From positions 19,406,001 through 19,470,000 of the forward strand of contig OX597820.1 in NCBI GenBank assembly GCA_951406725.2: 64,000 nucleotides of DNA, given 5' to 3'. Within the stretch, counting starts at the first letter, position 1. Every line of letters begins with the position of its first letter. Under the pieces are notes generated by a model, which ran no database searches, was not told the DNA's origin, and saw nothing but the letters and a program-made list of their open reading frames with translations. The position numbers were made by a program, and so were the translations under genes. This stretch comes from Octopus vulgaris. Taxonomy: Eukaryota. Shown here in pieces: positions 38,977 through 51,724 of this stretch.

Positions 38977-39285
38977 GAAAGTGTAACCTCTCGAAAGAGC
39001 TGTTCTTCACTCCTGCTCCAGAGCGTCGGCTGCGGGGTCATTCCGAAAAGCTCTACCTGCGACGATTTCATCTCAATCGAAGGAGAGGAGCTTTCTCCGT
39101 CCGGGTTGCGGATCCGTGGAACAAGCTGCCAGACGAGATGGTGAAGATGCCGACGACCGCTTTGTTCAAAGCCTCCCTTGACCTCAAGTGGCCTGAACTC
39201 TTTACATGAACACCACCCTGTACTTAACTCCATGTCCCCCTACATGGCCTTGCTATTTGCTTTTGAGCCAAATTAACTAACTAAC
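38977..39285 (+). mobile_element. CR1-clade LINE 3' end, young
   Basis: Intact frame 38979-39209: KCNLSKELFFTPAPERRLRGHSEKLYLRRFHLNRRRGAFSVRVADPWNKLPDEMVKMPTTALFKASLDLKWPELFT* (CR1 motifs RGH..KL, FS.RV...WN.LP, FK..LD); (TAAC)n tail; CpGs retained. Confidence 0.92.
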
Positions 39286-39554
39286 ATCTCATCAACATCT
39301 TTGTTTAACGTCCGCTTTCCATGCTAGCATGGGTAGGACGATTTGACTGAGGACTGGTGAACCAGATGGCTGCACCAGGCTCCAATCTTGATCTGGCTGA
39401 GTTTCTACAGCTGGATGCCCTTCCTAATGCCAACCACTCCGAGAGTGTAGTGGGTGCTTTATCAATATCCTGGGGTCTGTGGGAAAACTTGTTTAAATAA
39501 AAGGGGCTTTGGTAGTGAAAAATTTGGGAATCCCTGCCTTGGTAGAAAGAATTA

Positions 39555-39904
39555 TTATTACCTCTGCCTTAGCGAAGGCAGAGGTATTGTTTTCAGTCGT
39601 GTTTGTTTGTCCGTGGACAAGATATCTCAAGAACCACTCGATGGATTCGGATGAAACTTTCAGGGATGTTTGGCATGAACTGATTAGATTTTGGGATCAA
39701 TCCGGTATCGAACAAGGATTCTGAATTATTCTTTGTGTCTTTTTACTTAATTTTTGAGAGCAGTCGGGTTCATTTTCAGTATTCTCATTTGTGAAAGCAG
39801 TTGAGTTTATTTCAGATATTCTCATTTTAAAAATCATCTCTGGCTAATCATTGAGAGGATGTTGGTGTTGCCTTGGCGGAGGTTTGTGCTCTCTGAGTGT
39901 TCTT
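39555..39904 (+). mobile_element. Helentron/DINE-1-like non-autonomous element (family G)
   Basis: TTATTACCTCTGCC..GGCAGAGGT 5' hairpin, subterminal CCTTGGCGGAGG, 3' GTGCTCTCTGAGTG hairpin; second copy at 63599-63962. Confidence 0.75.
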
Positions 39905-40470
39905 ATCATCATCATCATCATTGTGTGTGTGTATGATATACATATGCTATGGGGAAATGACTCAGAGTGACCAGTAGCATGTAATTTGAACAACAAAAGC
40001 AAGTATAGGTATATTAAATACCATATAAGATAGATTCTTGATTCATAGAAAAGGGAGGTGTTCTGACGATGCATAGCAATGCCAAAACACATGTCCACAA
40101 CTGTCCACTTGTCTCCAAACAATCAGAATATGCTTTTAAAACCTAAAGGTATGTCTCTGTTAGAGAAATTCTTGCTTCTTGAAATCATCTGAAATTGGAG
40201 TTGGACCTAATTTCCAACGTGTGATTGTTCTACCTTCTCTGAAAGTGGAGATAATTTCACTAAACCAAGGATTTATATGGTATTTGTTTACACACACACA
40301 TTGTTGTGTAGTATATTCCTGGCTGTGGCATATAACCAATGGTAACTTTGTGACTGGTTGTATGCCATGACCAAGGAATATAACCGCTCAACAACATGTA
40401 AGTCTAAGCGCAATTTCTCTTTTAGTGTGTGCTTTATTTCTTTCTGTGGATAACCAACCAATTGTATGTT

Positions 40471-40854
40471 CTTTTATTCTTTTACTTGTTTCAGTCGTTT
40501 GACTGCGGCCATGCTGGAGCACCACCTTTAGTCGAACAAATCGACCCCAGGACTTATTCCTTGTAAGCCTAGTACTTATTCTATCGGTTTCTTTTGCCAA
40601 GCCGCTAAGTTACAGGGTTGTAAACACACCAACATCAGTTGTCAAGTGATGGTTGGTGGGGAGGGGACAAACACAGACACACAAGCACACACATATACGA
40701 TGGGCTTCTTTCAGTTTCCGTCTACCAAATCCACTCACAAGGCTTTGGTTGGCCTGAGGCTATAGTAGAAGACACTTGCCCAAAGTGCCATGCAGTGGGA
40801 CTGAAACCAGAACCATGTGGTTCAGAAGCAAGCTTCTTACCACACAGCCACTCC
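40471..40854 (-). mobile_element. family A SINE
   Basis: Reverse complement of family A. Confidence 0.88.
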
Positions 40855-41077
40855 ATATATATGTATGTTTATATGTATTATATAAATGCATATATACATG
40901 TGTGTGAGTGTGTATATATATACAATGGCCTTGAACCCACAAGAGTAAACAAGAGAGAGAGAGAGAGAGAAACAGGCAGAAACAAGGAAAATGCCACTTG
41001 TACTTGAAAACTATGCAAATATTCTTTCAAAAAACTTTTCTTTTAATTTTTCCAAAATTCAGTTGTTTTGTATACTT

Positions 41078-41117
41078 ACAGTTGAAAAAGTCTCAGTGAC
41101 TGAAACCGGTGCAGACA
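41078..41117 (+). ncRNA. hammerhead-like motif with U3-A8 core variant (degenerate copy)
   Basis: TTGAAAA-AGTC tcagt GACT-GAAAC-CG-GT; palindromic stem III ACCGGT; cleavage triplet and stem I imperfect. Confidence 0.35.
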
Positions 41118-41830
41118 TGTTTTTTATAAAATTATTTTAGCCTTTTCTATCTTGACTTTTTCCATATATATATATATATATATATATATGGAAATACATA
41201 TTGTTGTGCACTCACTGGCTCTATTTCAATTTTTTTTTTAATTTTATACACACACTGGTAACTACTTTTATTATATGTAAAAAAGAAAAAAAAAAGATGC
41301 CAGGCTGGCAGACAGTTTGTCCATTTTTACGTTCTGAGTTCAAATCCCTCTGAGATTGACTTTGCCTTTCATCATTTTAGGTTCGATAAAGTATGAGCTG
41401 TGTACTGGGGCGGGGGGGGGGGGGGCGGAGTAATGTAATCAACTACCCCCTCCCCCCAATTTCAGGTCTATAATAGATAGGATTGGCCAGTATAAACAGA
41501 CCAATTCTGAGGTTACACCTGTAAAAAAAAAAAGGTAATATAAAAGGAGAAAGGGGCTCTCTACCCCTTTTTGACCAGGCTCCTGTTTTTATGGGTTTTC
41601 CCACAAGTAACCTTTTGAAGTGTCTCCCACTATTGGGAGTTTTTACTTGTTATATATATTTTCGTTGTTATCTTGAATTTTTACAAGGACCTTTCTATCG
41701 GACAAAGCCCTTTGTACTTTTCGTCCTGTATTTGTCCTTATATGTTTCTTTGATTTTTGTTAGCCCTTGCGACCAATAAACCAGAATTAATTATTATCAT
41801 CATCATTATTATCATTATTATTATTATTAT

Positions 41831-42195
41831 GGTGAGCTGGCAAAATCGTTAGGACACCGTACAAAACGCTTTGGCAGCATTTTGCATTCAGAGTTCAAAT
41901 TCCGCCGAGGTCGATATTGCCTTTCACCCTTTCAGAGTCAATGAAATAAGTACCAGTTGAGTTCTCAGGTCAATGTATTCGACTGGTCCCCTCCCCTAAA
42001 ATTTCGGGCCTTGTGCTTATAGTGGAAAGGGTTATTTTTATTATTCTGAAATGAAATGCCGCTGGGGGTCGACTTTGCCTTTCGTCCTTTCAGGGTTTGT
42101 AAATTAAGTATCAGTTGAGTTGTGGGGTCGATGTGATCGACTAACCCCTTCCCCACAAAATCCAGGCCTTGTGCCTATAATAGAAAGGATTATTT
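41831..42195 (+). mobile_element. family B SINE dimer (tail type 2)
   Basis: Two B units ending GGCCTTGTGCYTATA.TRGAAAGG. Confidence 0.8.
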
Positions 42196-42361
42196 ATTAT
42201 TGTGTTATAAATAGGATTGACTTTTTGACTTCCAACCTATTGCCGTGATTTGTTTTTCTTTGCTGTTATTATATGTATGTCCCAGGGTTCCAGACAAGCA
42301 CTTCTGGAAAAGTTTGGCCTTCATAAGTGAGAGACAGCGCACACACTCATATATATATATA

Positions 42362-42560
42362 TACTCTTTTACTTGTTTCAGTCATTTGACTGTGGCCATG
42401 CTGGAGCACCGCCTTTAGTCAAGCACATCGACCCCGGGACATATTCTTTGTAAGCCTAGTACTTATTCTATCGGTCTGTTTTGCTGAACCGCTAAGTGAC
42501 GGGGACGTAAACACACCAGCATCGGTTGTCAAGCAATGCTAGGGGGACAAATACAGACAT
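42362..42560 (-). mobile_element. family A SINE 3' half
   Basis: Matches the family A tail module. Confidence 0.85.
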
Positions 42561-44104
42561 ATACCTCTTTGCTTTAATCACGATCTTAATACTTGTTCAC
42601 CTTTTCTCCTCACCTGCTCCTTTCTCTCTATTTAAAAACAACTTGCGTCTGGACAAACTAGCTCTGCCTTTTGTCAACGTTGGGTCAACTCTTTAATCAT
42701 TCTCCGACTAACGCAGAGCATCGACGCCGCTAGAAATAGCAGCCAGAAACACCCTCAAAACCGCTCCCTATCATTTTTAAAGGAAGTTACATTTGGACTC
42801 GGTAGTACCTGTAAACACAGGAAGGTCACGGCTGAAATGTATTTTGATTGTCGTTCTGCTATTGAAGCTAAAGCGACAGAAACAACACCTTAATCAGTCT
42901 GGTTATCATATTGTCAATGGTATAATCATAAACTTCTTCAATGAACTTAAATGAATTAGTGAATAGAACCTGTTGATAGCATTTGGATTACTGCTGCTGC
43001 TACTACTACTACTACTATTACTACTACTACCACCACTACTACTGCTGCTGACTTTTACATGTATCAAATAATTTAGTACTTATTCTACACCTCTTACTAC
43101 TCCTATCATGTTTGTGTGTGTGTGTATATATATATATATATACACACACACAAAGGCGCGAACATATATATGTGTGTATAATTACACACACACATATATA
43201 TATACGCACGCACATATATATACACATGTATATATAATTATCGGCGTCTTACTGACGATCGTATCCAAGTTACATTATTTAAAATTTTGTGGTGTCTTCA
43301 TTTATGATGGGGTTTCTTTCAGTTTTGGCTCTCCCTAGCTTTTGTATGTAATGTATATGATATATACGTGTGTATGTATGTATGTGTGTGTGTATACACA
43401 TGTATTGTTGGCTGAAAGATCGTTCGTAGAATGAACTCTGAGGAGCAAACGAGTGAGCCATCAGCTTCGAATGAAATAAAAAAGAAAATATTGTCACACG
43501 TAAATTCTTTCGTTTGTACATAACCAAAATAATATTGCTCCAGCATGGGGGTTAACCGTCATCGCTAAAACTTAACGAAGAACCAAACGTATCATTTCAC
43601 AAACACACACATATATATATATACACACACACTCTTTAATCTTATTTTAGTCCCGAAAGATTGTGTATTTGTGTGTCTGTGTTATATAAACATTCACAGT
43701 TTTTTGGGGGACTAATGCAACATTGGGGCGGAATATACATGTTTCTCAGTGTCGATTTAAAACTACATCTATGAAAAAGATGATCAAAAATTTGTGGCAC
43801 CCTGTGGGAAACCAAAAACTACATCTCGGAGCACAATACGTCAACTGGGAGATGTCGGTTCGGCTACCATAGGAATACTCACTTTTGATTTTATCGCGTA
43901 TTTGCTTCCATACTTAGTTTTAAATCACGCACACACACTCGCACATATATGTGTGTATGTACGTACGTATGTGTGTGTGTGATGATGTTTGTATGTGTAC
44001 ACATAATGTACGTATATATATATACACACTCTTCAGAGTGTGTATATGCGTGTACAAATATACAAAACCTGAGACAAACTGATTTCTCCTCTCTCTCCAC
44101 ACGC

Positions 44105-44131
44105 ACATATATATATGTGTGTGTAAATATA

Positions 44132-44180
<49 letters not shown>

Positions 44181-44201
44181 ATATATATATATGTGTGTGT
44201 A

Positions 44202-44244
<43 letters not shown>

Positions 44245-44365
44245 GTATATATATGTATATATATATATAACAAATTAATAAATAAAACATATGCATATAT
44301 ACATACATATATGTACATACCTACATCTATATGTATATATACATGCATATATGGGTATATATATG
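44105..44365. repeat. compound TA/TG microsatellite
   Basis: Directly visible. Confidence 0.9.
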
Positions 44366-45299
44366 TGGTGGTGCCCCAGCATGGCCGCGGCCTTCGGGCT
44401 AAAACATTTTTAAGGATTTAAGGGCAATATATATATATATATATACACACACATATATATATATCATGCTGGGATATTAGATGGGAACCGTGTGGTAGAC
44501 TCCTCGGTGAACTTATTGCTCGTTTAGTAAAATTACACCCACAATCTATCTACTCCACGCATTTGTTTGGTTGTCTATCCATCTATTTCTTACTCGTTTG
44601 TCCATTTCCCTATCTGTCACTCTGTCTATCCATCCTTCTATCTTCCTAATTTATCTGTGTATCAGTTAAAAAAAGTACAAAAATAACCAAACATTATTTT
44701 CCACCCAGGACTCGATAATAAAATATTTAATATAACTTGAGTTATTTCGAACTTTTACCAAGGTACCTTATCAAACTATATATATATATACACACATACA
44801 TACATATATACATACACATGAAATATACACCCTATCGCGCGCTTAAAATTTGCGCGCTCTTGCACTTCTATCTTATCCATATTTTTCTCTCGTCTTGTTT
44901 ATGCTTTTACAAATCTCTTTCCGTTTTCTTCCTTTTCATTTTTCGTTCTCTCGCACAACTTTCATTCAACATTTCCTCTCCTCTCTGTCTCCCTCTACTT
45001 TTTTATCTTTCGTTGTTGTTGTTCTTTTATCTCTTGTTTCAGTCATTGGACTGCGCCCATGCTGGGGCACCGCCTTTGAAGGGTTTTTTTTTTTTCTTTA
45101 ACTCGAACGAATCGACTCTAGTACTTATTATATATTTTTAAAACCTCATACTTAATTCTATCGGTCTCTTTTTGCCAAACCATTTTGGAACTTTTCCTCT
45201 CGTTTCTTCCTTTTTCCCTTTTCAAACATCCCTTATTTTTGTTTCTTTCTCTCATCTCTGTATTTTTCTTTCATATTTCACCCTTTCAGCCTGTTTATT

Positions 45300-46719
45300 C
45301 TCTATTACACTTTCCTTTAGTCGTTTGTCCAAGAAACATTTTACTTCGTCGAAAAAGCGGTAACAATAAATTTCACTATAAGTACCGTATCCCCCACCAC
45401 ACATTCACACACAAATATTTGGCTTGTTTAGCTGCTCAGGAGATAAGGAGTAAAACCATTTGGAGAAACATATCAGGATGCTGCCAAGCTCCCACTATTA
45501 AATCAATGACTTTATATGACTGGCTCCAAAGTCCCTTCTCGCTTATTGAATATTCCTCGGCTGTGGTTTTAAAACAGTCTGCTTAATGTTTGCTTGCTGA
45601 TGTATATGTGTCCAGAATTTCTTTTTTAGCCGAATGCTAAGATTATTACTTGTCGAGCCTGCTTCTCCATTTTCACTACTGAATGGTGGTGTGTGTTTTG
45701 GTGTCTTTTCCATTTCTCTTTCTACGCTCCCTGCCCAGAGGTGGTCCAACAAGCAGACTGGCAAGCAAAGACACATACACACACACACGTACATATACAC
45801 TCTCTTGTACATTCGTGTGTGTATATACTCACATATATAGATATAGATATATATGCGTACACACACTCGCGCACTCTCTCTTATATACACGCACATGCAT
45901 ACTCTCTCTCTCTCTCTCATATACACTCACTCACTCTCTCACACACACACAAGAAGCAGGCAGACCAAAGCCAAGCAAGCTAGCAGGCGGTTGGTTTACC
46001 AGCTTTCTCTCTCTCTCTCTCATACACTCGCTATGTGTGTGTATGTCTCTCTCTCTCTCTCTCTTTACCACCACCACCACCACCACCACCATCATCACCA
46101 CCACTGCTACTGTAATATCTCTTCTTCGTTCTCTGCCTGTGCTCGCCTTCCCTGCTTGTTCTATGTAGTGTCTGCTCAGTCAACTGAAGCACAGCTGCCT
46201 TTCAAATGATTCATCTTACTTTTCTCCTCCTTTTCCAGAAAGCTATAAACGTTGAGCAGGATGCATTTCGTAATGCCTACTGGTGCTTTGACGGTGAGTA
46301 AATTCACTCTTTAATTTTAAACACTTTTCCTCATCCCCCCCTTGAAAAGTGCAGAAAAATTAGATGAAAGAGCAGCAAGCAGTAAGTGCGTGCGGAGTTG
46401 GTTCTTCTTTCTCTCTCTTGTGTCGATCGAGAGACAGAAAGAGAAAGAGAGAGAGAGGGAGAGATAACATTTTTGCCCGTCCACCCCTCCACCTTTTCTC
46501 CACAAACCCGGCTCTCCTTCATCATCCTGCTCCCACTCGCCCTCATCACGTTTTTTCCATATCTCACCTTCTTTTCTGGTCCTCTTGTCTTTTCTCTTTG
46601 CTATTATTCATCGCTTCGGAAACAAACGATCGTGTGTTCGTTCATATTTGTCGCTTATTTACTCTCACACTGTGAAAGAATAAAGAACATTTTTTTTCCA
46701 TAAAACCCCTTTCCCCTGC

Positions 46720-46751
<32 letters not shown>

Positions 46752-47545
46752 CTCTATTCCCCTGTTATATATATATTCTCTCTCTATCGTTTGAAATAAA
46801 TAATAACATTGATGTGATCAATGTTTCCTTTTTCTTATTTTACGAACAATTAGTTAACGTGGATTTTGTATAATATGAGTAATAATAATAACAATAACAA
46901 CAATAATATCTGGTGAGATTATAAAATGTACCATCTACTATCCACAAACCGAACCATCCATTCATCTATGATTAGCGGCCAGGCGACGACTGACTAGTTT
47001 TGTGTCAAAAATTATAAAATTAACCAACGAGTTCATTAAGAACCTCTGTATCCAAATGTGATTTTTTCCCCCCACTTTCGTCATTAAAAGTGAAGACATT
47101 CGAGCAATTTTTATATTATCACAATATGATTATGTATTAAAGTGTAGTGAGCTTTTCTGTTGTTCCACGGATTTAAACGGATTAACTGTCATCGTCTCTG
47201 TGGAAGCTTCTTTTTTTTTTATGTGTGTGTATATGTCTCTCTCTTTCTATCTCTCTCAGGGTTTGGGATTTTTTGTTGTTGGTTTTTCCTTCTTCTCCCT
47301 ATAAACGAAATACTTTCGGTCCGTGTGATGTGTGTTCTTCTTCTTCACAATAACAAACAGCATGCTTTCTCTGTTTATAAAAAGAAAGCGAAAAGAGACA
47401 ATTTTTAGAACTAACGCTTTTTTAGAAAGCAGGTTCTTCTTCTGTTCTACTTCGAAGCGCTTCTACTTTCAGGTGCACGTCAATACAACATACACACATT
47501 TCTTCCACTCTCTCTCTATCTATCTAAATATAAATCTATAAATAA

Positions 47546-47577
<32 letters not shown>

Positions 47578-48500
47578 CACATACAAAGACACATATATAT
47601 ACACACACACACACATATATATCATACACACGCGCACATTTGCTCTCTCTCTCTCTCACACACACACACCGAGAGACATGCTTTGTGTGTGTGTGTTTTC
47701 ACATACTCATTCGCCCGCGGCTCCGTTTGTAAATTCTCAGTCCTACTTCCAACTGGCACAAATATATATATACGAAGAGAAGCCTTGGTCTATCTATCCT
47801 TTATAGAGTGAGAGACACTTAAAGGTAGGGATGGTGGTGAACTTTAACTATGTTCCTATCTGTTATATACTTTATTTGTATCCTCGTTTCTTATCTGACT
47901 TATTTTTCCCAAACTATACATTTTTATTTATACACACACACTACACAAACTCACACATACCTAATAAATAAAGACGACATTATTATTATATACAAGTTGG
48001 TTTATTTTAAAAGAATTTCAAAAGGAATGGTTGATATTTTTTTTAAATTTTTAATTGATAAACCTCATTTTACAAGGTGCTTTCCTCTTTTTATTTTTCT
48101 AAGCTTTCTCCTCACCTTTCTTTAATAATGTACCCTGCATTATGAAGGCAGTAAAATGTCACACGCTCTGTGCGGGAAGATATTGTATTGTGTGGGCCAG
48201 GTCAACTCTGTATTTAAGGTGTACCTCCACCGACACACACACAGGTCCATTCATACCGCGTACACCTTCATGTATCCAGCATTCTCTGGCTTCTCCCGTC
48301 TCCACCCTGCTCCTGTTTATCTGAATATAGTAAGTTCGTTAGACAACCTCTAGCTGGAAACCTAACTTGTATTCATTCTTTACTTCAGAAATAGCCCTCC
48401 TTCTTCTTCTTGTTCTTCAGCTGGTGTCTCATAAACAAACAAAAATTACTGGCATTGTTACCGTGAGGGAATATTTTTGTTCAGCAATCTTGTTATTTGC
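45300..48500. promoter_or_regulatory. SINE-free, CpG-retaining region with CT/CA/GA runs; possible promoter or 5' region of a gene
   Basis: About 3 kb with no recognised A-D family copy, visibly frequent CpG and several strong + strand splice signals (inference). Confidence 0.4.
46239..46293 (+). other. candidate 55-nt exon
   Basis: Acceptor TTTTCTCCTCCTTTTCCAG and donor ACG|GTGAGT; reads KAINVEQDAFRNAYWCFD, or MHFVMPTGALT from ATG 46261 at phase 0. Confidence 0.45.
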
Positions 48501-50540
48501 GTGTGTATGTATATATATATATATAGCATTTGGCAAAATTGGTAGAGCGCTGGACAATAGACCGTCGCGTTATTAGTTACGTCCCCTTACGGTCTGCGAT
48601 CGAATCCAGTCGGAGACAACATCGCTTTCATCCTTCTCGGGATCGATTTAATTGATTGTTCCTTCCAGGAAAATTTGTGGCTTTGTGCCAATATCAGAAA
48701 TTATTATCGGCAGAAACGTTTGAGTGCCAAAATGAAAAGGAGCCTTCCGGCATTTAGTTATGCCCCTTTTTGTTCCGAGTTCAAAACCTACCTTTCGTTT
48801 CTTCATGTCCGATAATATATATATATATATATATATACCTGTCAAGTATTGTGGTAGATTTAATCGACGAAGCTCACCTAGATTTTCTGGCCTCGTGCCA
48901 ATGTTAGGAATTAATATTGCTATTAGCACCTTCTGCTATTTCTTTCTTGTATTACATCTGTTTTTTTTTAGAGACTTCCTGAAACGTGCTTGTTTATTAT
49001 TTTCGAGTGTTATACTCAGTTGCTTACTCGCTTTCTCCACTCTGTTTAAACTTCAAAAGAACATTCTTTAAACACAATATTTTTAAGTACTCAAAAAAAA
49101 AAAAAAAAAAAATTAAATAAATTACAAAAAAAAAAAAAAAAAACTACCCCAAAAAACCAGCCAGTTATTTTTGCTTTAGAAATTCAAACCACAAAACATA
49201 GGTGACTTGAATTGATTCGCACCCAGCATTTCTGACTGACTTACTCGAGTGAATTGATAGTTAGTTGTAAGTAGGGTATCTACCCTGGTGACGAACCGGC
49301 TTCAAACAATTCGTTAAAATATGTCAGAAATGCCAGAGTGTGGGTGGTGGGTGAACAACAATGAATGATAAAACCATTTGAAAATATCTTACTGCTTAGG
49401 TAAATTTCATAACTTCTGCTTTTTAAATTTGTTTATTAATCATGTAATATATATATGTGTGTATATATATATATATATAATGAATTGTTTGTGTGTGTAT
49501 GTATGTATATATATGTGTGTATATATATATATAATGAATTGTTTGTGTGTGTATGTATGTATATATATATATATCTATATATATATATATATATACATAT
49601 ATGTATGTATGTGTTGTGTGTATATAATGAATTGTTTGTGTGTATATATATATAATAGCACAAAAAGTTTAATCTTTAAATAACCTCGGGCCGACCAAAA
49701 CCCTGTGAGTTGGTTTGGGAGGCGGAAATATGTTTTTGAGTTTATTCCCGCTGGTATTGGTTTGTCTAAGTCCTCCATAACTTAGCGGATCGATAAAAGT
49801 GTGCAGTAGAATAAGTATCCGTTATAAAAATAAAATAAAAAGAAGTGCAATAAAAATCCCTCAAAGCAGTGCCCCAGAACGGCCGCAGTTCAATGACTGA
49901 AACACGTAAAAGATAAAACAAATCCGTCCAACAAAATGTATTTTGTCAGGTTAACGAATACAGGTTAGGCTTTTTATTTATCTTTTTATTCACTCTTAAA
50001 ACTTTTGAGTTTTATTCCAAGTGGCCGGACATAGCTTGTTTTGAACCTGCCACCCACAGGAATACACGTCAATGAATTATTTCAATAAAAACAAACACTT
50101 AATTTAAGGCGGAAATTCTCTCTTTCTATTTATTTATAAACTCCCTGGAGTAATGAATGGGTTTGAGTTTATACCAATACAAAAGCTTAAAGCTGTTGTT
50201 TTCAAGTTAATCTTTCAGCGCCCAAGTCATAGGTGAGGTTTTGATTAAACTGGATTGAGAGAGAGAGAGGGACAGAGCTGGTGTATGTATGTATGAATTC
50301 AACAATTAGCCAGAGATAATGGGTTAATTACAAATCTGTACAGTGTATGAAACTTGATTTCTATTCTGCTTTCACACAATCGGGGTGCAATTAAAACTTG
50401 TTGCTTACTGTTTGAGGAAAGTGAGACAAGGGTGGGGACAAGTGTGTGTGTGTGTGTGTGTAATTATTGGCTTTTGCTATAAATATATATTCTGTATAGA
50501 AATACATAAGCAGGTGTATATAAACATACACGTGTGTGTT

Positions 50541-50586
<46 letters not shown>

Positions 50587-50923
50587 ACTACTCCAACTAG
50601 ACTGTCAGATATGGTTACACACCACTGGTCACAATGCTCCTATTCCTCTTCACACTGCGGAAGCCTTAACACGATGCCAACCTGCTGATCAGGCAGGTGG
50701 GCCAACATGCCCCCTGAACAAAATGCCAATTCGTCTCAAAGAGTTACTCATCTGGAGGTGAGCGGAGGTGCACCAACATGAAATGGAAGTGTTTTGCTTA
50801 AGAACACGGCACAGCGGCAGTTTGGGAATCTAAACCTTACTCTTGAAGTCGCCAGTGCAAAGCCCTAGTCACCAGACCACACCACACCACACACCTTCAC
50901 ACCCACCCATCCATGCATATATA

Positions 50924-51158
50924 CAAGAGGGTGCTGAGAAATTCCTGACTTTAAGGGCATCCCAAAAAGTCTGGTTGCACACCTGACCTGAATTTTTTTT
51001 TTCTTTTTTTTTTTTTTTACAGGGCTTAGAAAAAAAACTGAAGGACCGCTGCAATAAGTGTGAATCTGAGAGGGGAATATGATGGATAAAAATCATAGTT
51101 TACTAATCCTCCTATATTTTCTTTTAACCAAAGCCAGAAACTTTTCAGCTTCCCCTTG
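50924..51158 (+). mobile_element. Tc1/mariner internal-deletion derivative (MITE)
   Basis: TA|CAAGAGGGTGCTGAGAAATTCCTGACTTT and AAAGCCAGAAACTTTTCAGCTTCCCCTTG TIRs; internal frameshifted remnant like FFLQGLEKLKDRCNKC..LRGEY, the mariner transposase C-terminus. Confidence 0.8.
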
Positions 51159-51182
51159 TGTATGTATGTTTGTGTGTGTGTG

Positions 51183-51213
<31 letters not shown>

Positions 51214-51279
51214 CACTGAAATTTAGATATATACATTACGAGTCGAGGCAAATATCATCAGCTGACCGGTGTCTGCTAG

Positions 51280-51322
51280 TCTAGGCCGAGGAAGGACAAT
51301 CATCCTGAAACGTGTCCCTAGA
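51280..51322 (+). ncRNA. minimal type I hammerhead ribozyme (U4C variant) in a TA-embedded element (~51232-51486)
   Basis: TCTAGG-CCGAGGA-AGGA caatca TCCT-GAAAC-gt-GTC-CCTAGA: 6-bp stem I, 4-bp stem II, GAAA, GUC cleavage triplet. Confidence 0.7.
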
Positions 51323-51724
51323 TGCTGCCCGGGCGGCTGGGGGTATTTGTCTCCCCCTTCGTAAATGTATATAAGGACACAGGAAAAATGTGTCAAAGCC
51401 ATCAGGAGGCGTCGATGCTTTCTAGGGCTAAACAACGGTGGTGTACTGTCACGTTCGTGTTAGATTGACAGTATACAACCATTCTATATATATATATATA
51501 TTATGTGTACACAGTTAAAATTGTGCCGGAAAAAATACTTTACTGAATGGTTTTATACTAACTCTATGAACTTACAACTTGCCAAAGAAAGTTACTATAA
51601 ATGTACAAAGTTCTTCTTTCTTAATGGATTTAATTTCCTAGTTCTCATTTCTGTGTTGTTTAATGATTATTTCCTCGGGATGGGCGCTTTGAGGGTATAA
51701 ACGTACATGAAAGCATACGCATAA

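Noticed and set aside
39345-39365. CTGAGGA..GAAC in family C as a hammerhead core
   Set aside because: No stem II and no GAAA
46243-46249. TATA box (CTATAAA)
   Set aside because: It lies immediately after a strong acceptor inside the exon candidate, and such words are common in AT-rich DNA
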